Positions 52,870-64,000 of a stretch of 64,000 nt of DNA are shown here, piece by piece (position 1 is the first letter of the stretch; every line of letters starts with the position of its first letter). Both the position numbers and the translations under genes were made by a program. The DNA comes from Sphagnum compactum (taxonomy: Eukaryota). The notes beneath the pieces were generated by a model that did not search any database, had not been told where the DNA came from, and was given only the letters and a program-made list of their open reading frames with translations. Location: NCBI GenBank assembly GCA_965153455.1, contig OZ234493.1, forward strand, positions 7,802,213 to 7,866,212, in the 5' to 3' direction.

Positions 52870-53860
52870 TTCCACGACTAAAAAGAACTATCAAATTGCA
52901 TAATAACCTTGGTGCAAGGCATTATTGAGGTGTGCTCAGTCTTGTAAAGGATAGAACCTCTAGGTAGGTAGGTAGGGTTGTAGGTAAGAACTTGTAGGTA
53001 GGTAGGTAGGTAGGTAAGAGGATAACTTGAGGTTGGCATCATTTCAGAACAAGAGTTCAATGTGAGCAAGCTCTCAGCCCTGGAAGACTGCACAGTAGTA
53101 CAAAAGCATACACATAGAGAAAGCTTCATGTGTGTATTTCTTCACACACACACACACACACACACAATCTGCATCTTTACCACCCTAACATTCCTCATTA
53201 GTGTTATGCTAGACTGAAGTTTTGTGTTATATATACACAAAACCTGTAACATACAAATGTTTCCAAAAGAAAGAAATTTAGTTCTACAATTGGGCTGATG
53301 ATATATTAAAAAAACCAATAAACAAGTCTGGTAAGTTAATAAGAGGGCACACTGGCAGCAGCAGTACACTGCTTGCTGCTGAGGGTTCATCATCATCATC
53401 ATACATGTTCAACTTCCTGAGAACTGTTGGTTTGTGAAACTATGACTTGCACCTTCTGAGTTGTTGCTAACACGTATAATTCGTTCACAAGAGTTTTACA
53501 CCACTTGTGCTCTATGTCTATTATGAAAAAGAGAAGCCACAGCACAACTAAGAGCCTCTTCTATCCTCTTCTTCTTTGCCTCTGTATTTTCCATCCAGGC
53601 CTGGGGGCACTTACTGCATTTGTTTTGTAGGGGAAGTCTCTTACTATTGTGTCTCTCTTAAGCCAGGTTTTCTGGGCCATATTCTTTGGACATGTACAAA
53701 GCTATAGCATTGAGAATACACACTGTACATCTCTCCAACAGACTGAACATTGGACTCTGTCTAATGGGTGTGGTGTTTACTTGAAAGTTTCTGGAAGGAC
53801 TCATTGTTTTCCTTCTTGTCAGTGAGAGAGGCTTGGCATAGAAGAGCTGGAAACTTGAAA

Positions 53861-56800
53861 TCAATATCTGCTAAGGCACAGTGCTTCTCGGGGTCCACCC
53901 ACAATTGACATCACTGTTGCTGCAATTTGATTGGCAGTTAACCCAGCTTCTTTGATCTGATCTATTGGTGATCCATGGTCGATGTACCGGTCTGGCAACA
54001 CCATAGGCCTCCACTGCCAGGCCAGAAAGGAACAGTCAGCATCAATCATCCAGAGACAGTGCAAGATGAGTGGTACAAAGGAGGAAAAGATTGAGCAGAT
54101 ACTGCCAAGATGACCTGACCAGGTCTTTTCACAATTACTAATATTGCTCCCTCCTTCTCATAGGTGGACACTCTTCCAAAGGTGGCCTAGACTGCAGTAG
54201 TACTCAGTTCGTAGCTAGTACAAGAGTAAAGGTGCAGCTCACCTTAAGATTTCCATCCAGAAGCCCTTCAAGAGCAAGAAAGTGTGCAACATGGGCTGCA
54301 AATCCTCCAATGGAACCTTCTTCAACTGTGATGAGCACCTCATGCTCCTTAGCAAGAGCTCTGATGAGGTCTTTGTCTAGTGGCTTGCAGAATCTGGCAT
54401 CTGCAACAGTGGCAGAGATGCCTTGCTCCAGTAAAGAGGCTTGGGCTGCTATACAGTTCTGCACCATTGTTCCATATCCAAGTATGGCCACACGAGTTCC
54501 CTCCACCAGCACCCGACCTTTGCCAACCTGGGAGTCCAAAAAGCATCATGAGCTAGAGTGCTGGATGGAAGAGGAAAAGACAGATGGTCTTCCAAATTCT
54601 TCAGAGAAACACCAGATATGTTACCATAGTTGTTATGTCCCATCCCTCGTTTACAAAATAAAGAGGGAGAGGGAAGCTGATAGGGAAGGATCCAAAGCAG
54701 ACCTCAATAGGAACACCCTTATTGTTAAGAGGGAGAGGGACACCAACTCCATTGCCCCGAGGAAATCTAAAGCAGCTGGGTCTATCATCAATGGCAGCTG
54801 CTGTTGCCACCATATGCATGAGCTCAGCCTCATCTGCTGGGGCCATCACAACCATGTTGGGCAAGCATGCCATGTAGGTAATATCAAAAGCTCCACAGTG
54901 GGTGGGACCATCTGCCCCCACAAGCCCTGCTCTATCTAGCGCAAACCTTACTGGCAGCTTTTGCAGATCTACATCATGTATCACCTGCAAACAAATGTCC
55001 AGTCTTGAGTATTGTATGTGTGGCACTTATCTCAACTTCAAGATGTCCGATGAAGTTCACGGTGGCTCATTGTTGCAATCAGTTGTAGGCCAGAATCCTT
55101 CTAGGTGCATCTTATGTAGTCACTGCAACTAGTCACCAGATTGCCTGAATGTTTGGACCTAAGGGTCTCAGAAGAAGACTTATTCTCTGGGTATACCAAC
55201 TAAAATGTCCAAACCTCCAACTAGGATGCAGTTGCAGTTAGAGAGTGACAAAATAATTAGTAAAAGAAAAGTACATTTTGGTTCTCTTGTATTGTCAGTG
55301 GAAACAAAAGAATTGAGAGCTTCACTTTTCTTAAGGGTTTAGGAGACTCCAACCTGATCATAGCCACGTTGCAGGAAAGAAGAGTAGATGGCACAGAAAG
55401 GTATTATGCCCTCAGTGGCAAGGCCAGCAGCAAATGTGACAGCATGTTGTTCAGCAATCCCAACGTCAAAAGTCCGTTGAGGGAAATGTTTTTGGAAGTA
55501 GTTGAGGCCAGTGCCACCTCCCATGGCAGCATGGATGGCCACCACCTTGCTGTCTAACTCTGCCTCTGCTATGAGCGCATTGGCAAAGTACTGTGTGTAT
55601 GTCAAGGTTGATGAAGGTGCCTTGAACTGCTTTCCTGACTCTGGGTCAAACTTCACCACACCTGACAAATTGTATAGCATGACAAGACTATCAGTCCAGA
55701 TGTCCATGCCATTCAAATTCATACCATCTTCCAGATGGTGTGAAACAGCTATCTTACCTTTGAGGTACTTGAATGTTCAATCGAGCTGCTGCTTTTGAAT
55801 ACATAACAACTTTCTCACCTAAGCACTAGCAATAACACTGCTGTTTCGTCAATGGCTTCAAGGTGACCCAGAATTACTCCTCATGAGATTGGGTGCAATT
55901 CCTGAAATGTGGCCCTTGAGATAAAACTGGCCCTGAAGTCAACTGACTAAACCTTGTGCTATCAAGACAATTCAGTAGCAAGGAAACCACATTGGTGTTG
56001 AGTACAGAGGAATACAATATACAGACAGCAGACATATGAGAGTAAGTGGCAACAGGCTCTGTCAAAAATCTGACGAAGGATTGGAGTTTGAAATACCCTA
56101 CATGACAGGTTCATAATGAAGCTCTAAAATAAAGGGAATGCTGATCAGAGGCAGTGACACGTCTGTATGATTAAAGATCTTGGAGGCTGCTAACTTGCTG
56201 TAACAATAAATAGCAGAATGGCAAAATGCAAACAAGTCAGGACCAACTACATGCTCTTTATTCTACATCAAGCATGTGCTCTACATCCTTAACATCCACT
56301 GTCTTATGTTGGATAGTTCAGTGTGCATGCTTAGGATATGTCATATGCTTAGTTTAGTTAACATCACAGCAAATTTCACTTTGGAAACTAGAATAGAATT
56401 TGGGAAATGCACCAGGCCACCCTCAGGGGACCTGAAATTGAAGAAGGATGAGGACATACCATGATATTTGTCGGCAGCTCGCTCAGCATAAGGATACCCA
56501 TGACCTTTCTCAGTGACAACATGGATGAGCACAGGACCACTGGCTGTAGCAGATTTCACATTCTCCAGAATGGTGACAAGGTCTTCAATGTTGTGGCCAT
56601 CCACAGGACCAATGTAATACAGCCCTAGCTCCTCAAACATTGTGGAACCAGATCCACTGATCATCCCCCTTGCAAATTCATCTACTTTTGAAGCTATCTC
56701 GTGGGTTGAACCTCCTATCTGCTTTGTCACACCCTGTACACAAGAACACTGTTAATCCACCTTCTGTCAAAGCCAGTAGACCACACCACCTCTGATAGAG

Positions 56801-59413
56801 GAGCAATTATGTCTGAAGTGGCACCACATGTTATGCCTCCTATAAGCTGATGCACCAGTCTCTTTCTACACTATCCCAAATCTCAAAACTATGAGGTATA
56901 AACAAGGCAGGCGCTGCATCCTCCAGGGTTTGCCCTGTTTTTGCTTGTGGATGACAATTGAAAATGTCACTGCAGCCTCCAAGGTTTGTACTGACTCCTG
57001 AGTTTATTTGTGTAAGAGTGGAAGGCACTAATCATGGCTGGTGGACATGGAACAAATGATCTAGCATGGTACCCAGTTGGATCTCCACTAACCACTAGGG
57101 TTGTTGGCTTGATGCTACATTATACACATGAGGTATGAACCTTACCTTTGCAGCTTCTCGAAGCTTGCGGAGCTGTTTGTTGGACTGCAGTTTGCTGAGG
57201 GTGCTGCTGAGAGCACCCACAGGATGAGCTGGGCCATCCAAGGTTGCAGTAGGGAGGGAGACTTGCTTGTTATCATTGAGCACCACTATCAGGTTGCTGT
57301 CTAGATAGCCTGCATTGTTCATGGCCTCATATGCCTGCCCTGCTGTCATTGCTCCATCTCCAATCACACTCACCACATTGTTGTGCCTTCCTTGAAGGTC
57401 TCTTCCCACTGCCATCCCTGGAGAGCTCCACAAAAGAGCAGATCAGATAGTGGCATGTCTTCCTGGGAATATTGGCATGTGATATCAGATTCAATCTGCA
57501 GCCATGAAGTTACTGAAAGACGTGTAAAGAGGTGGTTGAGAAATCAAAGAGGTTCCAGGATTTTACCAAGGCCAGCAGAGATGGTGGTGGAACTATGACC
57601 AGCACCAAAAGCATCATATTCGCTCTCAGCACGCTTGGTGAACCCTGCTAGTCCCGATGTCTGCCTCAGGGTATGCATCTTTCTTCTCCTTCCTGTCAGG
57701 ATTTTGTGAGGATATGCCTGCAATAACATATAAACATGCAACCCACAAGTCATCAATGACCTGTAAATTCAGGTAGCAAAACACAATCAGACCCAAAGGA
57801 GAACCATCACAAACACAACAAACAGACGGTTCTTTTGTTCTCCTTGAAGCCAAGTGCATTAACACCTGCAATTTAAGTCCTAATATGCCTAGAACTCACT
57901 CCAAAGCCGGGCTTTTCAAGTGCGATCTTCATACCAGCAAGTTTTCCTTCTCGTTATCACAAGAGATCAGAACCTGTCGCTTACTGTCAAAGAGAAACTG
58001 CAGATCGTGTAGTTTACCTGGTGGCCAACATCCCAAAGGATTTTGTCTTCAGGAGCATTAAAGACATAGTGAAGAGCAACAGTCAAGTCCACGACACCCA
58101 ACCCTGACCCAAGATGGCCACCTGTCTTGGACACCGAGAACACCATATCGGTACGCAGTTCATCGGCCAGCTGCTGTAGGTCCTGCTCTCAGTTTCACCA
58201 CACAGATCGGGTTTAGATCGTACACAAAACAAACAGTATACAAAGACATTACCCTAGCCATGTCAAGACACACATGATCTATTCAGATTGTTGTTGTGCC
58301 TGATGCGATGCACGAATTGATTCCTGAGATCACCACGAACCTGGTTATATTGCCACTGTAGATGTGCCGGCATAGATCTAATCTCGAAGAGTGTACTATG
58401 CTCCTTACCTTAATGTTAAGGTTCTTCATCTGGGCGGGGTAGTTGATGGTGTCTAGCAGCGGTGTCGGAGGCTCCTCCGCATAATATTCACCGCCTTTCA
58501 CTACATTCATCGCATTCTCCCCGTCGATATGAATTGCACTCCCGTTGCTGCTTCTGCTGCTGCTTCCATTTGCGCCATGATCTGCATCTGCCCTTGCCAT
58601 GACTGCCTTCGCCAAACGCACCTGCATTGATGAATCCGCACAATCACCACGTTTTCAACCTCGGTCTCATCATCACCACAACTCCAGGAGCACATCATGT
58701 ACATCTCGAGGTCGATAAAACCTTCATGCTGCCATGACGACCGGCGATCTCATAACAAATATTAATTGGTACCAGAGTCTCGTAACTCGGACTGAAAGAC
58801 TAAACTGCTGCACTATACAAATATACGAAAGCAAAGCTCTCAACGAGTCTCTTCTTCATATTCATGATGTGCAAAAAAACAATCACAGAACTGGTTGTTC
58901 CAAACTGTAGAATAGAAAACTTCGCCGAAAACCGTGTGACAGCATACATTAGAGGCGCTTGAAACTATCAAGCTCAACAATCGTAGCAAGTAGCCGAAAC
59001 TCTAAGAAGAAGGAAAAAAAACCACCGTGCATGCCTGTACCCCGGAAGGCAAAAAAACTGTCAAATCCACAACAAACCTTGGAAATATTGTGAAATCGCC
59101 GGCTTTTGCTTCTTCCAGAGCGTGACATTCCGTTGATACTAGTCGTCCGCTGCAACCATCCTAGGTGCTTAGCATCCAAACCTGCAGCGGCGGACATAAC
59201 AGCAGCTCGCACAGGCAACAACATGGATAGACTGGAGCCCTGCAGTCGATCTCGCCGCCGTTGCTGCTGCACATATTCACGTGCAGCAGCACCACCAGTA
59301 CTACCGACCTGCATAAACATCGACGTTGACGCTACTGCTGCTGCTGCTGCTCCTCCTCCTCCTCCTCCTCCTCCTGCTGCCGCTGCCGGCGATGATAATC
59401 GAAGTGTTGCCAT
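53861..59413 (-). CDS. DXS: 1-deoxy-D-xylulose-5-phosphate synthase, plastid-targeted, 10 exons, about 812 aa
   Basis: Exons 59413-59078, 58621-58409, 58182-58018, 57717-57567, 57417-57146, 56733-56460, 55661-55354, 54984-54703, 54527-54243, 54013-53861, all GT-AG and in phase. Motifs [34 protein letters not shown] (ThDP binding), [19 protein letters not shown]. Confidence 0.97.
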
Positions 59414-59973
59414 GTTTAAAACTCGCTGAGATCGATGTTCGAAAATCTGCAACCGCGTCTCTGGCAGTCTCTTGAAATTTTTCTTGCTTTTTGTTCTTTT
59501 TCCTCTTCCGGTCGATCCCTCTACGATCACTGGTCGAGTGAGTTTCGCAACGATTCGTTAATAATCCAATGAACTAAAAAATTCCACATATAAGAAGAAG
59601 CTTCGTAACAACAACAACAGGAATGAAAGAATTTCGTGAGCTTCCTTCCTGGAGCTTCTGGCTACCTATACATACAGCTGCAGCACATCTACACAAAGCA
59701 GAAAAATCCAAAAGAGGCTGCACGATAATTATGCAGGAATAAAGAAGAAAAAAAGTGATGAACAAGAAGAACAGGCGAGCAAGCGCAAAAAAAAACACGT
59801 TGTCCAAAACCGAAAGCCAAGAAGGAACGCGCAAACAACAACAAAAACAACGGAAAGCAAAAAAACACTGCGGCCAAAGTGGCGATGAAGAGACGAAGGA
59901 CGAGATACGCGAGAAGATGGGATTGGGAACGAAAGAAGAAGTGAGCAGGAAAATTTTCAGCTGGCGCGGACAC

Positions 59974-59981
59974 TATTTATA
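59974..59981 (-). promoter_or_regulatory. Putative DXS TATA box (TATAAATA)
   Basis: gcgTATAAATAgtg on the minus strand, followed by a pyrimidine-rich leader. Confidence 0.55.
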
Positions 59982-60192
59982 CGCATGGGCAGGAAGGAAG
60001 GAAGGACTCAGGTGGAAAGGGTAAAGGGAAGAAAAAGAATGTAAAATTTATAATTTTCTGGCATTTTATTTTTTTCTATTTTCTTTTGCTTCACAATTTG
60101 ATCCAGTGTTTTTTTAATCTGGCGAAATTTCTCTATTTTTCGACGAAGAAATTGCGATTTAGGCTTTGAAGATTTTGAGGGAAGTGAACTTA

Positions 60193-60405
60193 TGGTGCAT
60201 TCACACTTGATGTTAAGTCAATATTAAATCAAAATCTACATGGCAGCCTAGGTGGCATCCAATGTTAAATGAGCGATAGCTTAATGTTAAGTGAATGTTA
60301 AATTAACGTAAAATGTTTATGGTAAGTAGTTATAAGTCCTAAATGACTAGCATGGTGTTAGAGGGACTCAACACTAGAGTCCTAACACCAAGTGTGAATG
60401 CACCT
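60193..60405. mobile_element. Tourist/PIF-Harbinger-like MITE
   Basis: TIRs ggtgcattcacactt / aagtgtgaatgcacc (15 bp perfect, extending imperfectly); TTA at 60190-60192 and 60406-60408. Confidence 0.8.
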
Positions 60406-63400
60406 TTATTCCTTCCAATCCTTTTCCTTTGATCATATATTTCGATAGCCATGAGCTTTCAAGCTCTTGTGTAAAGGGGTTTCAAACTAGGATCCCCTTG
60501 CATTGCACACTTAATCAAGTGTCCATGTTTTCATTTAATATCAAAAATAAAGGGTTTTGTCACACTAGTTTTATTTTTGATAAAGGGTTTAGTTTTATTA
60601 TCAAAAACAAAACTAGTGTGACATGTGTTGTTGGACCAAGTGTGAACTCATTATTCAATTAATTTCTCCTTCAAAAAATAGATTTTTGTACTTTATTTGA
60701 ATTCGCAATGCCAAAAAAAGCTAATCAAAATTTAATATTTTTCACAAATAAGCTTTGAAACTTTTCAAATCATTTCATTAAATCTTATTCATTGAGGGTT
60801 TTTTTAACATTGTCAAGAACGTGCCCATATTCCCTTATAATTTTTTTTATTTAAATTGATTTCCAATTAAAAATTGTTAAATATTCAACATCATGAAACC
60901 AACTCAATGCACCCGTGCTCAATGAGTAGGACCCTATTCAATGAGTAGGGCTCTCCAACATTACCAAGAGAACAACAAGGGGCATTGTGATTTGGGAGGT
61001 CTCAACTCAACAAACCAAAACAAACAAACAACCTTTCTTCATAGATAGAAGAGTTGGCATGGTAGGGTGGACCAATTTTGGTGTCAAGGGGTATTTTTTC
61101 TACAATGGGTGTGATTGCAAGTGTTATATCTTATTACATATGTTGGGTTTGGTTAATAGGGATTCATTTTCAAATAATAAACTTTAATATTTACATGGTG
61201 CATTTTTTTTTAATGTTAAAAACATAAAATCCCAAGAGTTATGAACTTTTAAAATTGAAAAATCAAGATGTAAAGCCAACTACAATTAGGCTAATGGACT
61301 TTAATTTTGTTCAATGATGGATCTAGAACTTGTTTAGGGAATTGGTTTCAAGGTGGAGATTTATTAATAAAAACAATGCAAAGAGTTTTGCGTCACATGA
61401 AAATTGGAGGTATTACACTATGGACTTTTGATTGCTGAAAAAACACACCCTACTTTTAAAAATCCATAGCATTTAAAAACAAAAGTGTTTTGAATTAAAA
61501 TTTTGTAAACTTATATAAATCAATAGCCTTTACAATGCACAAATCACATATGGAAAAAAATTGTTAAGAATGGATAGATATCATTTTGCCATCATCATCT
61601 GTCGACATTATGCACATTGTGAAGCTTGCAAAATGGACTTTGAATCAAGTTTTTTGTTTTGTCGAATTTTGGTCCACCCAACCATTCCAAGACCCATAGA
61701 TATTTAAGATTTTAAACCCTTTGAATTTTTCACAGAATTTTTGATAAAAACACTTTCAAATTATTACAAAACCCACCCTTCCCCACTCTCCACCCCACGC
61801 CCTACCTCCCCCCCCCCAACAACCATTGTTTTCACGTGAAAAATCCAAGGAATTTAAAGTTTAAAATATTCTTGTTAGTTATTGTATTAGTTATAAAATT
61901 TCAAACCCTAAATATTTTGTCCCTAAAAATAATTTTCTGCTTGTGCTTTATGTGCGTTAGCATTCTTGAAAGGGGGGAGGGGGCAGGGGTGAGCACGCAC
62001 CCAAGGTGAAATAAATGCCCTTCAACTCCACCTTGGGTGCATGCTTATTTTAGGAACACACCACTTCTAGTGTGTAATTAATTTTACATGTATGTAAAAG
62101 AACTCATAAAACTCTACTGGTTTGCGAATGAATGTTGAGGGTGCCTTATTTTCAATAAAGTTGATATTGTTGGATGAAAAGGAGTAAGATGAAGGCACAT
62201 TGGATGAAGATTTAATGGAAAGTGTTTCATTTTGTCGAAAGTAATAGATGACAAGAATAATTAGTTGATGGGTGTAGTCATAATAACACATACAACAATA
62301 AATGTAACGTTTGCTTAGTTTTTTTATGTTTTAAAATCGTAATTTAATTTTATGTTGAAATTGTAACATTTGTTTATACAGTTGTATTTTTAATATATCA
62401 TGTACACGTGAATTAATTTGAAATTAATCCAATGAATTAGAAATTAACAAAGTCATTCATTAAACATTATGACATTTTTTTTAAACAGGAAAAATACTTG
62501 TAAATGGATTTGAATTCTTTTGAAAATAATGTTTTTGGCCAAAATTTTAACATAAACCTTAATAAATTAGTATGAAGAGAATTTAAAAATTCTTCAGAAA
62601 TTTTTTTGAAAACTTTTTCAGGAAATTCCAAGAATATTTTAGGAATATTTTTCAAAAAAAGTCACAAAAATAGTCAAAAAGTAGGCAAGTGTGATTCATG
62701 TTATCCCATTTGCACCCTAATAAGTATTATTCTTCTTGTGTGGATATGAGTATGTGAAGTTGTATGTTGTAGGCTAATAATTTTCAAAAATCTATGGCGA
62801 ATGTTTGTGTGTAATTGAAATCAAAACGACAAAGTAGTTACAATTTTGTTTGGTGTTCTTATGGTTTTTCGCAATGGTGAGTTCGGTGGAGATGCTTCAA
62901 AGGTTGATTTTGAGGAGGGGTTGTTGACGAAGAACATAAAAAAACAAGTTTTGGGAAAGTTAAGTACATTTCTTTTACTTTGAGCTTTGGGTTTTTTGTT
63001 GGGACATTTGTTAGTAATCTAAGTACAAACTTTATTGTGGCTAGTTGGGAATAATGCCCTTAGGCACTGGACATCTAATCTCTCATTCTAAGATCTATTC
63101 TACTACATACTGGAGTTAGAGAATAATTCATTTAGAAATCATGAATAAAGGTGAATGGAAATAGTGGAAGTGATGATAATCCACAAGGAGCAACTTAAGC
63201 TAGTTTTTAAAAAACATCAATTCAGGTCTATGAAAGGAACTCAAGAAAATTGCATGAAGGGAAGTGAAACAATTCATTGGGAACCCTCAGGATATTGTGT
63301 TGGAATTTTCCAAAGGTAGTAAAGTTGACGTTAATATGTCTGGGATGTTTTTATTTAATCGATTCTTGTCAAAAGTACCTGAGTGAATCTATGGGAGAAA

Positions 63401-64000
63401 TGGGGTGTCAATTGTGGACTAGTGTTAAATGAGACCGTGGTAGCCAACAAAGAATAATTCGGAAAGATCTTATCCACCATTTTCCATCCATCATGATTAG
63501 AAATTTGGTTCAAATAGTATACTTAGAATAATGAATAGGCCTTGGTCCATAGGGATATGTAATGAAAAGAAATGTGCAAGCAAGTTGTATAATGAAATGT
63601 TTTTGAATTGAATAAGACATAGGATTCAACGAAGGTATGATGTATGATCTATACGTTTAGTCATTGTATGTTATGAATATTTGAAAGGTGAAGATAATCT
63701 TGTTCTTTTGTTACAATACCTCAACAAATAAGGCACCTTATGCATAACAAGAGGTTTTTTAATTGAATTTCATTGGATCTTTATGTCAAGTAAGGACCAT
63801 AAATGGCATGGTTTTTGGAATTAGAATCACATGCAAGTTCCTCCTCTCCTTCAAATTAAAATCAAAACTATTGGTTTAGTAAAAGTCGAATTCTATCAAA
63901 TCTTTATGTTAGGTAAGGACCTCAAACAAGGCAATTCTTGCAATTTTAATCCCACAATAGGCTCTTACTTAATGCTAGGCCTTCATTCTTAGAACAAACC

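Noticed and set aside
54232-54939. 235-aa plus-strand ORF
   Set aside because: Antisense shadow of DXS exons 8-9.

Overview
Eukaryotic nuclear DNA from a non-seed land plant, most likely a moss (Sphagnum-like; inferred from gene style, TE families and AT-rich decayed intergenic DNA). There are four host genes, all on the minus strand: (1) the first coding exon of an ARABIDILLO/PHYSCODILLO-type F-box/LRR/Armadillo gene running off the left edge; (2) an intronless cytosolic-type ascorbate peroxidase bracketed by palindromic tandem repeats; (3) a 12-exon F-box gene, invisible in the ORF track, whose spliced product follows the animal FBXO15 motif order along its length; (4) a 10-exon plastid DXS gene. 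Mobile DNA includes a Ty3/Gypsy chromovirus lacking its 5' LTR nested in a CRE-like restriction-endonuclease non-LTR element lacking its RT core, a young 2.9-kb hAT element with TIRs and a perfect 8-bp TSD inside an older decayed hAT, and MITEs, one just upstream of the DXS TATA box. About 2.6-21.8 kb is a gene-free tract of decayed repeats. Exon models were assembled by eye from GT-AG sites and phase continuity, and family assignments rest on remembered motifs, not database searches.
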